Shown piece after piece: positions 1 to 16,530 of a stretch of DNA of 64,000 nt. The stretch is taken from NCBI RefSeq assembly GCF_009914755.1, contig NC_060925.1. One strand, 5' to 3'. Each line of letters begins with the position of its first letter. Position 1 is the stretch's first letter. The position numbers and the translations under genes were made by a program. Below the pieces are notes generated by a model, which searched no databases, was not told where the DNA came from, and saw only the letters and a program-made list of their open reading frames with translations. The DNA is from the human T2T-CHM13v2.0 reference genome, Homo sapiens.

Positions 1-627
1 CAGTTAAGTACCCCTAAAAACTAAAGCATTTGCCAAATGAGCAACTTCCTTGGGAGCATTTGCTACCCATTGTTTGTAACAAGCCTCTGGAAGCCAGAAC
101 TGGCTTCTCCATCAGATACAGAGATCATGGCCTTTGGCTCAGTATTCCCAGAGTTCCCAAGAGGAAAAAAAGACACCACGAGTAACATTGGGGAAGTGGG
201 AGCCTAGAGTAAATGCTGGCTGGGCCACCTGCTATCCATGTGATTTGGGAAAGTCACCATACCTTCTGGAACCCCAGATTCCTCCTTTGTAAATTGGCAG
301 AGCTCTAGAAGTTCTCTCACTCAATGGGATCGACACTAGTGGTAAGTAGTTTATTTTAAAAAATTAGTTAAAGCCAGACATCATAAAAAATGATATATAT
401 TTACTTTAAACCTTGAGTTTCAACTTAAAATAGCTAAATGCACATGAATACAGGTCAATCCTTTGATGTAAGGCTGGGCCTTTTGGGTTTGCTGATTAGA
501 ATCCAAGATGGTTTCCTTCCACAAGCCATGCCAGCAATGCATAGTCAATGATTTCCTCAAAATGAAACCAGAGCTTAAAGACTCTTAAAAATAAATAGAA
601 AAGTAAAATTCTTTTAGATGCTTATGA

Positions 628-1006
<379 letters not shown>

Positions 1007-1099
1007 TCCACACCTAATTTAATTGTGAATTTTGAGGGACTCACTTTTACAAGTATTTCCAAAACTTTCAACCCTGTTGTGTTTTTTTTTTTAAGAAAA

Positions 1100-1543
1100 C
1101 ACTATTTACTCTAACAATCAAACCCAGAAATGTATAGCAATTCAAGAACAATGGAAGTTTCTTATTCACATAGAGGCCAAAGCAGGTGCTCCTAATTGAT
1201 GAGTGGCTCTCCTCCAAGCATGATTCAGGGATGTGTAGGCCCTTCATTTTTGGCTCTGCAATCTTCCATATGTGGCTTCCAAGGTTACTGCTTTTGAATG
1301 CATCAAGTGAGAAGAAGGGGAAAGAAAGAGGCGAAGGACGATGAAGGCACACTCGCTCTTAACTAACTACCTCAGCCTGGAAGATAAGAAGTGGAAGCAT
1401 ACCACTTCTGCTCACAGTCCCTTGGTAAGAAAAGTAGAGACATAGTCCCATCCAATGCAAAGGGTTCTGGGAAATGTAGTCCAACTCTGTGCCCAGCAAT
1501 TAGAGGAGACAGGTTTGTGAGGACATAGCCAGTCTCTGCCACA
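1100..1543 (-). mobile_element. Old MaLR LTR (MLT1J/K-like)
   Basis: Motifs ctgggaaatgtagtcc and cacttctgctcaca, terminal tctctgccaca; recalled consensus. Confidence 0.65.
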
Positions 1544-1593
1544 TGAGACTATGCTATCATAGAAAAACTCTCTTTATCTTTGCACTCATTTCA

Positions 1594-1960
<367 letters not shown>

Positions 1961-2254
1961 TTACAATAATAAAAAATTACAAGGTCCATTACTAAAAGCA
2001 ACTTGGTAAGTACAGTTCTAGTGATGAAGCAGAAGTGCACAGGCATCCCAGAGAGTGGCCAGCCTTGAACATTTTGTGACCATAAACATCACTGCATATG
2101 TTTTATGGAAGAGGCAGCGAACATCCGTTAATTTGATTAATAAGTTGAGTTAGTGAAAGTCTATTAAAGAGATTTTCTATTGTTCCTACCTCATAGAGTC
2201 ATTGCAACTATTAATAAAATAATCCATGTAAGGTGCTTTGCATCACCTTATATC

Positions 2255-2463
2255 AGTCATCAATTTTAGTACTATTGTTATCCTGGGCTGGATAATTCTT
2301 TGTTGTGGGGAGATGTCCTGTGCATTGTAGGATACTTAGCAACATCCCTGGCCTCTACCAACTAGATGCCAATAACAGCCTCTTAGTTGTGACAACCCGA
2401 AACTTCCTCAGGTATGACCAAATGTCTCCTAGGGAGTAAAATATCCCACAGTGTGATCTACTG
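2255..2463 (-). mobile_element. MER20 hAT DNA transposon
   Basis: ataattctttgttgtgggg...gtcctgtgcattgtagga...catccctggcctctacc...tagatgcca...gttgtgacaac is the reverse complement of MER20. Confidence 0.85.
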
Positions 2464-3294
2464 CTTTTTATGATGATGAGCACTTACTAGTAACTCCTAT
2501 TTTGGTTCCCTTCTCCTCTGCATCCCCAACATCCGTACCTTGCATTCAGGATCCCTCTTCCTCGACAATTTGGTCATGAGTCCATAAGAGCAACAGCCCT
2601 TTAGTCTCTAAAGTGGGGAAGGAAAGTTGGTAACATTGAACCCACATGGCATTTTACCAGTTTTCTAATTGCTAATACATGAGTCCTAGAAAATAAGATT
2701 GTCCTCTGAGAAGTAAAGCAGTAAAACTCATACACAGTGAATGTGGGAATAAACTGAGATATTTTCTGGAAAGTGTGACTGAAGAGTTTGGAAATGCCTT
2801 AGACTCCAATCAAAGTAAGTAATTTCTGAAAGAAGAATTGTAATTTGTGGAGTGTAAACTTAATCAATTGTACCTTGTTCAAAGAAAGAAACAGAAATAG
2901 GAAATGATCTAGTTTTATTTTATTTTATTTTTTGTCGTTGTTCTCATAAGCTGCTAAAGGAGACATCCTTGTACCCACACATTACTCATGACTGTACGTG
3001 TGTAAGTTTTTCTATAGAATAAATTCCTGGAAATTGAATGAAAATGGAATACATACTACACATTGCCTTCCAAAAACTTGGTACCAATTTAGATTTCCAC
3101 TCCTATCAAGGATATATGTGCATCTGGAGACAGGATAGTATAAAAAACAGATATACGTGCATAACCGTTTCCCAAAAGCCTTGATATATTATTTTGTGTT
3201 TTAACTTTAGCCAATGTGATGGGTAGAAAGTAGTAAGTTGGTCTTATTTTATTTTGCTGGTATGCTATACTTCTAAGTTGTTTGTATTCTGTTA

Positions 3295-3953
<659 letters not shown>

Positions 3954-4336
3954 ACACTGTTTTTCTTGTCAGTTTGTTGAAATTAACAGCAGTTGATTAT
4001 ATGTTCCAAGTATTTTATTTCAGTCTGTTACTTGCCTTTTGATTTTGTTTATAACATATTTCCTCCAAAAGAAGTATAACATTTCCATAATCTCAAATCT
4101 AGTAATCTTTTCTTTTATGGCTTCTGGTATTCATGGCTCACTTTTTTAAAAACTTTGCCTGTTATAATGTTATTTTTTATATAACCTTTTTATTTTTTTC
4201 CTTATGTTTAGATCTTTAATTCATCTGGAATTTTATTTTTTGATATAATGTAAGGTATAAATCTAAGTTTATTTTCAAATTAAAATCTAATAATTCCAAT
4301 ACCTCATCCCCAATAATTTAAAATGCCACCATGATA

Positions 4337-4638
4337 ATTTTGTTTGTTTTTTCTTTTTTTTGAGACGGAGTCTCGCTCTATCGCCCAGGCTGGAGTTCAG
4401 TGGCGCCATCTCGGCTCACTGCAAGCTCCGCCTCCCGGGCTCACGCCATTCTCCTGCCTCAGCCTCCCGAGCAGCCTCCCAGGCGCCTGCCACCACGCCC
4501 AGCTAATTTTTTGTATTTTTAGTAGATACGGGGTTTCACCATGTTAGCCAGGATGTTCTTGATCTCCTGACCTTGTGATCCACCAGCCTCGGCCTCCCAA
4601 AGTGCTGGGATTACAGGTCTGAGCCACCGCACCCGGCC
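4337..4638 (-). mobile_element. Alu (Y/Sc-like)
   Basis: Diagnostic gcaagctccgcctcccgg...cacgccattctcc; CpG-rich. Confidence 0.9.
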
Positions 4639-4640
4639 GA

Positions 4641-4935
4641 TTTTTTTTTTTTTTTTTTTTTTTTTTTTGAGACAGAATCTTGCGCTGTTGACAGGTTGGA
4701 GTGCAGTGGTGCGACCTCGGCTCACTGCAACCTCTGCCTCCCAGGTTCTGCCTCAGCCTCCTGAGTAGCTGGGACTACAGGTGCATGCCACCATGCCCAG
4801 CTAATTTTTGTATTTTTAGTAGAAATGGGGTTTCACTATGTTGGTCAGGATGGTCTCAATCTCTTGACCTCATGATCCGCCCACCTCAGCCTCCCGAAGT
4901 GCTAGGATTACAGGCGTGAGCCACCACACCCCACC
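4641..4935 (-). mobile_element. Alu (Sc-like), tandem with previous
   Basis: Reverse Alu; TSD ccaccatga(t/c)aattt flanks the pair. Confidence 0.9.
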
Positions 4936-5043
4936 CCACCATGACAATTTACTAAGTTTCCATTTACATAGAGTTTCTGGACTCTGTTTTGTTGCATTGA
5001 TTTATTTATTCCTATGCTAATACCATACTATTTTAATTACTGA

Positions 5044-5400
<357 letters not shown>

Positions 5401-6003
5401 TTCTTGGGTATTCTTGCGCGTTTTCTTCCACAAACTTTAAAGTTTAGCATAGTATTTCACATTGTACATGAATAAATTGATGTTCTGCTTCCAGAACACG
5501 GCAGTGCACTTTTGCTTGGTGCCTGGCAGCTGTTGCAGAGGTAAGACTCCCTGACATGTTCATTTGAATCGAGTACAGGGGCATCTTCTTTCCATAGAGA
5601 CCTGGTGGACTGTTTGTCAATTTTATTTTAAGGAACTCTACTGGTTATAAGCAATAAATAACCTGCGAGTTATTTAGAAACAGCACCTTAATTGGTCTGC
5701 AGTGACCACTGCTGCAAGGTCTCTTCTGCTTAGCAGCAACTTGGGCTACACCCAACTCTACCTTTTTTTTCTTAGTTATTCTACTTCAGGGGAAAAAATG
5801 GGCTGGGTCTCCTTTGTCATGTTTATTCTCAAGTCTGACACCCAGACCTCCCTACATTCCTGTCCGAATCAAAGAATGCATTTTACGATGTAATATATCT
5901 GACATTATTTATAGGGCATGCAGTGGGGAGTGCTCTGGAGGGGCCCAGAGCCCAGGTTCCCCATTTCTCAGTTATGCACATTTTTAGTTATCAGGATCTC
6001 GAT

Positions 6004-6349
6004 CTCTCTCTCTCTCTTTTTTTTTTTTTTTTTTTTTTTGAGGCAAAGTCTTGCTCTGTCACCCAGGCTGGAGTGCAGAAGCACAAACATGGCTCACTGC
6101 AGCCTTGACCTTCTGGGCTCAAGCAATAATCCAATCCTCAAGCAATCCAATCCAATTCTCAGCATCCTGAGTAGCTGGAACCACAGGATGGTGCCACTAT
6201 GCCTGGCTAAGCATTTTTTTTTTTTTTTGGCACAGACAGGGTCTCACCATGTTGCCCAGGCTGGTCTTGAATTCCTGGGCTCAAGTGATTCCCCCTGCCT
6301 CTGCCTCCCAAAGTGCTGGGGTTACAGGCATGAGCCACCATGCCCAGCC
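6004..6349 (-). mobile_element. Alu (J-like) with small internal duplication
   Basis: Reverse Alu; ctcaagcaat...ccaatcc duplicated at about 6118-6158. Confidence 0.9.
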
Positions 6350-6950
6350 AAGAATCTCTCTCTTTTCTAATTAAGGCATTAACTTGAGCCAAAGAAAGGG
6401 CATGGCAGAGAATTCAACTGTTGCTGTCTGGCAAGATGAATTCATAATTTCTCGATGTGGTCTCTCGCAGCTCTGAGAGTTGATACTGGCAGAGGAAAAA
6501 GGGCGTCCCACAAAGGGATTAACTATATAATTGCCCTAAATGCTTTCAACTGGGCAACCTAGACTGGAGTTTGTCCCTTTTTTGCTGTACTCTAGGACAC
6601 AAGGCTGCAAGAAAGAACCAGCACAGTCAGTCTAGAGTTTTGCAGCTAGAGTCCCCCAAAGCTTTGACCTCAGTGAACCAAACCATGGCTAGGTTCCAAG
6701 AGGCTGAGGTGTCTTGTACTAAAAGCCACTGGTTACCTGTCCTGGAAGGAGGAAATCTTCACACCCACATTCCACCTCAGCATGAACCCATATTCTATCT
6801 CAACTCCACAGCCTACTTCGTATTTTCTCTGGCAGTCTACTGATTACAAACCTTCTTCCTTATCCTATTTTATGTTGTAGTAAAGTGAAACTCCCCAAAT
6901 GTGGTACCATGAATGGTACAAGTGTGCTTATACCATAGTAAAATTTGTTA

Positions 6951-7325
<375 letters not shown>

Positions 7326-7977
7326 TTACTTTAGCAAAAAAAAGATGGATTTATTGAAAGACTTACAGAGGTGTTTCATAACCAAGAACAGAAAACAAAT
7401 GAGCACAGAATAAAACAGAAACTGGCAACTTTCTCTGTCCCTCTCCCAATGCTACACCCCAATAGACTTTTTCTGTTTCATTTGCTTATAAAACCAGACA
7501 TATCTGCCTCAGACCTTAATTCACATAATTTTCCAGCTCCAGACAGTTTAAGGTCTCTGAGCCTCCTTATTTTAAAACCCAAGAGACAATTTAATTGACC
7601 TAGGATGAGTCAGGTGGCCACTCTACCCATGCCTGACCTAAAATACAATGACAAGTGTCACAGGGTTTCATATCCCACCAGCTTCCTGTTGACAAAGGGG
7701 GTTAGGCTAACCTAAGCCTGGCAGAAAAAATGACCCACATATCTGCCATGAAGGTTGAGGAAACTGCAAGGCTGAGGTCCCTTCCTGGTCCTCAGTGGAC
7801 TCACCAGGGTGAAGGCCACTTTATGAAGCCTCTGAGTAGAGAGCCACTGGCCTTCCCGAGGGACTCCTCCATGAAAGCCCAAGAGAGGCATCTGGTTTTT
7901 AAAACTCCAGCTATCCTAATTGTGTCAATGTAGAGTAGGAAGGGGACAAGGACAATCATCTTAGAAACCTTCTGCCA

Positions 7978-8108
7978 GGCCAGGCATGGAGGCACGCACC
8001 TGTAATCCCAGCTACTTGGGAGGCCGAGGCTCGAGGATCACTTGAGCCAAGGAATTCAAGGCCAGACCAGCAACACAGTGAGACCTTGTCTCTAAAAACA
8101 AACAAAAT
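7978..8108 (+). mobile_element. Alu monomer (FLAM-like)
   Basis: Single ~130-bp Alu arm with A-rich end. Confidence 0.8.
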
Positions 8109-8262
8109 CCCTCTGCTGGGGGCAGAGTGAGAATTAATATTGAGTAGGTAGTATGTGTTGATGGCATCAGTCCTGGAGTATCCAGCAATTTGAGTATTTC
8201 CATTAGGGAGAATTTGTTGCAATTCCTCTTGATTTGTCCTAATATTTTGAATTTTCTCTTTC

Positions 8263-8417
8263 TTATGTATTATTATTGTTGTAGGTATTAGCATTTGGTG
8301 GAGTTGGGGGTCTCCCTATGTTACCCAGGCTGGTCTTGAACTCCTGGGCTCAAGCAATCCTCCCGACTTGCCCTCCCAAAGTGATTGGATTACAGGCATG
8401 AGCCACTGCGCCTGGCC
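8263..8417 (-). mobile_element. Alu left monomer (FLAM_C-like)
   Basis: Reverse left arm; TSD attttctct(t/g)tct. Confidence 0.8.
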
Positions 8418-8619
8418 GATTTTCTCTGTCTGTGGAGCACAACCCTAATAGTCACTACTAATAGGGTTAAGAATCTGTCATAGGAGAAGTGGAAAATGCC
8501 TGGATCCATTTCAAATAAATCACTACAGTTAAGTGGTGGGGTAACTCAAGAATCCAGGATCACCAGGGACTGAGTAAGTACTATTGAGTAACTTGTCATG
8601 GAGAATAATCCATTCTCCT

Positions 8620-8797
8620 AAGGAGGCATGTGTCCCACATCTATGGTATCACATGCAACTGAGGCGCTTATTAAAATGCAGATTCCTGGTCTGGCCCCAG
8701 ATCTACCAAATAAGTCAATGGGGGTGAGACAGAACATTTGCATTTTAACAAGCTTCCTGGGTAAGACTAATGCACACTCACATTTGGGAACCTCTGT
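8620..8797. mobile_element. MER5A/B hAT MITE
   Basis: ttaaaatgcagattcctgg...tttgcattttaacaagc...tttgggaacctctg. Confidence 0.75.
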
Positions 8798-8844
8798 CCT
8801 AAACCTTGAAGCTTGAGATCCTTGGAACGAGCCACCCCACACCA

Positions 8845-9003
8845 ACACTCAGAGTCCAATAACCATTTGAGAATGTGATAAAAGTGGTGGTACCTCATTC
8901 AGAAACATGTATACAAATGGCTACATATAGCAGGTGCTTACAATTTCAGGGGGCTCACTGATTCCCTGAAGCTCTTCTGCAAACCCAAATGAAGATTCCC
9001 TGC
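8845..9003. mobile_element. MER103C-like hAT MITE
   Basis: tttgagaatgtgataaaag...tacaatttcaggggg...ccctgaagc; recalled consensus. Confidence 0.55.
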
Positions 9004-9117
9004 ACTGGAAAATACAGACTCTGAAATGTCTTGAGGGAAGAGAAAGAGGATGATATTAACAGTTTAGGGAAAGGGGGCAGGGAAAGGAACCAGTTATACA
9101 AACTCATTAAGATTCTG

Positions 9118-9316
9118 AGCTGGGCGTGGTAACCCGTGCTTGTGGTCCCAGCTACAGGTTGAGGATGAGGTGGGAGGATCGCTTGAGCCCAGGAGGTCAA
9201 GGCTGCAATGAGCAGCCTCTGCTCTCCAGCCTGGGCCACAGATCAGATAGACCTTGTCTCTAAAAAAAAAGAAAAAAAGAAAGAAAGAGAAACAAGAAAA
9301 GAGAAGAAAAAAGAAA
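9118..9316 (+). mobile_element. Alu right monomer (FRAM-like)
   Basis: Single arm with gaggtcaaggctgcaatgag; A/G-rich tail; TSD aagattctg. Confidence 0.8.
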
Positions 9317-9319
9317 GAT

Positions 9320-9820
<501 letters not shown>

Positions 9821-10825
9821 TGAGAGAGAGAAGTGATATGGAATTTATTTTTAGGTCAACATGTCAGTAAATGATCAGGTTATTATTCAAGGAACAGAAG
9901 ACAAGAAGACACACTCCCTAGGAAGTCCCAGCAAGAATATTCATGCAGGTAAGATAGCTGTGAGGAAACATTTCTACAAATCACAACTGTCCTGTCCACC
10001 CATTGTGCTATCAAAATTTCCGTTCAGAGAGAGACTTTCCTTATCATTGTTAGAAAAATCAGCATGCAAATGTGATGAGCATAGAAGAAACAAAGCTGGT
10101 GAAATAAACACATGCGATAAAAGGACAGAGAAAGCAGAATAAATGTAGGAAAGAATCTAATTCTCCAGAACTTCAGAGCCAAAAGGGGCCTCGGGGATCA
10201 GCTGACAAACCCCTTAGTAACAGAACCTTCCCAGCAGCCTTTATTTCCCCACATCTCTCTTACATTTTGCCAAAGATAATATTCACTTTGATGTTGCAAA
10301 AGCTTTAGTTTGCTTGTTGTGTTTCCTCTCTCCATAATGGTATGTTAGGCCATCCTTTTGTATTGGCAAATTGGTCTGACAAAAAGAGCATTATAAATTG
10401 TGAAAATACAAACAAATTCTCCCAGCTCTGAAATTCTCCTTGGACTTCAGTGGTTGACACAAATAATTTAGAGGTGATGGAGTTCCTTGAGTGCAGAGGG
10501 TGACAGAAGTTCATTCTTCCTCTGGCAAAGAGAGAGAGAGAGAGCTGTCTCCCTGCAGTTTGGGAGACTGGGCAACCACTCTCTAGGGATGCTACAGAGC
10601 TTGCTGTCCTCCCTCCTTCCAGACAGGTTGGCAGTCCTGCTGAAAGCTGACTCCTCTTTCCTGAAAGTCTATGGGGTGGGGGTGGGGTGGAGGAGTGCTA
10701 TGCATCCAGGTGCCCCGCTCTGGTGTAACCTGAGACTAGAAGGCAACTATATTCCAGGCTTTTGAGAATACTGAGTCAGGGTAATGGGGATGACAGGACA
10801 AAGGCCAGGCAGGACATGCTGGAAT

Positions 10826-11233
<408 letters not shown>

Positions 11234-11344
11234 TAGACAAACAGAGCCAGTGCCATCTTCCCAGAGCCTCTTTAGAAGGACCCAACAGGATTTGCTCATA
11301 TTTCATTCTCATCTGTTTAGAAAGGAAATCAAAACAACTGCACA

Positions 11345-11660
11345 GGCCACGTGCAATGGTTCACACCTGTAATTCCAGCACTTTGGAAAGCTAAGGCAGA
11401 GGAATCCCTTGAGCCTAGGAGTTCAAGACTAGCCTAGGTAACATAGCAGAACCCTGTCTCTACAAAAAACTTGAAAATGAGCTGGGCATGGTGGTGTGTG
11501 CCTGTGGTCCCGACTACTTGGGAGGCTGAGGCAGGAGTATCACTTGAGCCCAGGAGTTCAAGGAGGCAGTGAGATATAGTCATGCCACTACACTCCAGCC
11601 TGAGCAACAGAGTGAGATCCTGTCTCTAAGAAATAACTAAAAATAAAGTTTTTTTTAAAA
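11345..11660 (+). mobile_element. Alu (J-like)
   Basis: Diverged dimer with gagcccaggagttcaag. Confidence 0.9.
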
Positions 11661-11900
11661 AAACTGCATAATGCAAGGAGGCTACTTTTGAAGCAACCAT
11701 GGTTGTTTCAGCGACCATGATCCTTATCATAAAGGCTCCCTTACTTTCCTACCTGGGCAAAAACCAGTAACCCAACCACAACCTTGCCTTCCATTCCGGC
11801 CAGCTGTGGAGTGAGAGATTCTCTAAGTTTCAGGATTTTCCAGTGAGCTGGTGGAAAAGATTCCTGATGTTTGGTGAGTTTCTGTCAAGAAATCAAATCA

Positions 11901-12060
<160 letters not shown>

Positions 12061-12109
12061 AAGAAATCAGATCAGTCAAATGTGCACTACATTGCTCATC
12101 TCCATGCCC

Positions 12110-12270
12110 AGGGAGTCATTTATTAATTTTTTGAAAACATGATTGAGGTCCTACTCTATGCCAGTTGCTGGGTTAGATGCTGAGGAGACCAAGATGAGTA
12201 AGACACTGCTCCTCCTCACATCTTGGGAACAGAAACTTAACAGCTGACTCCAATATGATAAAGTGTTGCG
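12110..12270 (-). mobile_element. L2 3' end fragment
   Basis: attgaggtcctactctatgccag...gctgaggagaccaagatgagtaagaca. Confidence 0.55.
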
Positions 12271-12347
12271 ACTTGTATTTGGTTTCAACCCTTGGGCAAA
12301 AAGAACTTAGTAGTTCATGTAAACTAAAAAAGCATAAATAATCAAAA

Positions 12348-13710
<1,363 letters not shown>

Positions 13711-14062
13711 TCAGCACTCTCTGCTTCCGCCTGCGCGTCTACCTCATTCTCTCTCAATAGAGGCCAGTCCTGTCCATGTGTTGGAAATCAAGGCTGCCAC
13801 CAGTCCCTGAGCTTAATGTCTCAAACTCCAACACCTGAAAGCACTTAATTCTTTCTTACTGTTTGAAAAATTCTTAGGAAGCTGCACTGGTTGGTCCATC
13901 TTTTGTCAGATGTAACCCTTGGTCGAACCATCTGGCGAATAATACGGCCACTCTTACAGAAGCCATTTGCTTGTGGGGGAGAAGGGACAGCAGAATCGGG
14001 TAAAGGAGGGTGAGTGTTTGTAAGTCAACCCCAAGAGACGAAACATCATTTTCTTCCCTGAG

Positions 14063-14203
14063 TAGGGTTGCCAGACATAATACAGGATGCCCAAATATTG
14101 CATGGGACATAATTACACTAAAAAAAGTATTCATTTATGTTTATCTAAAATTCGAATGTAACCGGGTATCCTGTATTTGTATTTATTAAATCTAGTAACT
14201 CTA
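14063..14203. mobile_element. MER53 palindromic hAT MITE, left arm partly deleted
   Basis: TIRs tagggttgccaga/tctagtaactcta; core aaatattgcatgggacata; imperfect 8-bp TSD tccctgag/ttcctggg. Confidence 0.85.
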
Positions 14204-14569
14204 TTCCTGGGGCACTTTAAGGAAAAAGGAAATATCTGGTTTCTGGATGGTATGAAGGCAGTGCTGCGCAGTGGCTACATTTTCCAGTTTAGATTCCTAA
14301 ACTGGAAGATTTGGACAGCCATGCTTTGGAAGGACAGGACCCCAGGCCACAGCTATCATGCAGGTGACATACAATTTCCTACCTATTAGGGATAGTGCAA
14401 GCTTTCTCTCACCTCTTCAAGAAAGTATATTAAAATCAAGAGAAAGTGACAGTATTTTAGGGCTAACTTTGAGCTTGCTCTAATTTATTATTTATGTAAA
14501 CCCTGCTCAAAATTCAGAGTAGTAAGAATTCATGGGTCAAGAGCACTCTGACCTAACTGCTATCTATCT

Positions 14570-14765
14570 TGTTGCCGGGGCCACAACCCTGGGTTCTCAG
14601 GAAAGACACTCTAGTCTGATTGGGTCACATGCCTAAGCTTTGGAGAGGGCAGACATTAGTGCAATGGAACAGGCAGTAGGCACTCCCAGAAGGGAAGCAA
14701 GATGCTGCGAGCAGAAAAAGGCAGAAAGGATGCTTGGGGAGGCAAAACCGGCAGACATCCCTTCT
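14570..14765 (-). mobile_element. Old MaLR LTR fragment (MLT1K/L-like)
   Basis: ttgggtcacatgcc...ggatgcttggggaggcaaaacc. Confidence 0.45.
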
Positions 14766-15028
14766 GATGATGTCGGAGAGTTCTGTTCACATTGAAGAAT
14801 TGGTGCTCTCCTGTCCCTGCCCTGTGGTGCTCCAGACCATAGAAGGGAAAGCTGGTCAGCTGAAGGCTTGACTGATCACCAAGCAGTCCCCCAGGTGGTT
14901 GCTTTCCACAGTGATGTCATGACAACCAGGCCTACCCCAGTCAGGTGTAAAGGTGAAGAAAGAGAATTGCTGTTGCTAAGAATGTTCAAAACACTTCTGG
15001 AGCAATTCACCTTTTAAAAATAAATTAG

Positions 15029-15353
<325 letters not shown>

Positions 15354-15780
15354 TTAATAATGTCATTCTGATTTCCTTGCATTGCAATAGGCATTCCTGA
15401 GTGGGAAGGAAGGGTGAGGAGACAGCCAGTGCACAGACTGTTGCAAACAACTGGCCACCACAGCCAGCAGGAAGTGGCCGCCACTCCTACTCCACATGAA
15501 TTATTGTATTGCTTTACTTCCCTGCAAAACTGGGGTGGGTGGGGTTGTGTCTTCATCTGAGTAGACTCATAGGTGTGGGTCTTTTGTGTGTGCATCATCC
15601 ATCACCTGGTGTGTGACAGAGACAACGAGAGGCTTGAGGGCAGGTACCTGGACTTGGCCCCAACCACCTGACCTCGCCTGAATTGAGGATAGCGAAGATA
15701 AAGGAGACGAGCCTGGGTCTAGGATATTTAGAGTCAGGACGACCATCCTGCTTACTGACTCATTGGGTAGCAGTCTCTGT

Positions 15781-15930
15781 ACTAGGGAGGCTGAGGCTGG
15801 AGAATCACTTGAGCCCAGGAGTTGGAGGCTGCAGTGAGCCGTGATCGCATCATTGCACTCCAGTCTGGGTGACAGGGAGAGACCCTGTATCAAAAAGAGA
15901 AATAAAATAAATAAATAAATAAACAAATAA
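15781..15930 (+). mobile_element. 5'-truncated Alu right arm
   Basis: Starts at gggaggctgagg; A-rich tail. Confidence 0.85.
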
Positions 15931-16247
15931 GGCTGGGTGCTGTGGGTCAAGCCTGTAATCCCAGCACTTTGGGAGGCCGAGGAGGGTGGATCACCTGAGG
16001 TCAGGAGTTGGAGACCAGCCTGGCCAACATGGTGAAACCTCATTTCTACTAAAAAATACAAAAATTAGCCGGGCATGCTGGTGCCTGCCTGTAGTCCCAG
16101 CTACTCAGGAGGCTGAGGCAGGAGAATCACTTGAACTGGGAGGCGGAGGTTGCAGTGAGCTGAGATCACGCCATTGCACTCCAGCCTGGGTGACAGTGCG
16201 AGACTCCATCTCAAAAAATAAATAAATAAATAAAACAAAATAAATAA
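15931..16247 (+). mobile_element. Alu (S-type) inserted in the tail of the previous Alu
   Basis: Alu consensus. Confidence 0.95.
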
Positions 16248-16530
16248 GATGACTGCTCCAGCTCCCGCCATCACATCCACAGTCCGGTCAGTGAGAAGGG
16301 TACAGGGAAGGTGGAGCATCTGCCTCGGCCTTTAGGGAACTACCCAGAAGTGGCATTCGTCCCTTCCACTCATATTGCATCGGCTAAAACTCCATCACAA
16401 GGCCACAGCTCGCCTCACAGGAAGCTGGGAAGTGTAGTTTTGAGCCAAGAAGCCAGATGCCTTGCTGAGCTTTGAGCTTCATTATAAAGGAAGAAGGAAT
16501 GGGTGTGTGTCTAGGAGCTGTAACCATGCC
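16246..16530 (-). mobile_element. Old MaLR LTR fragment (MLT1J-like)
   Basis: agatgactgctccagctcccgccatcacatcc...gctgggaagtgtagt. Confidence 0.6.
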
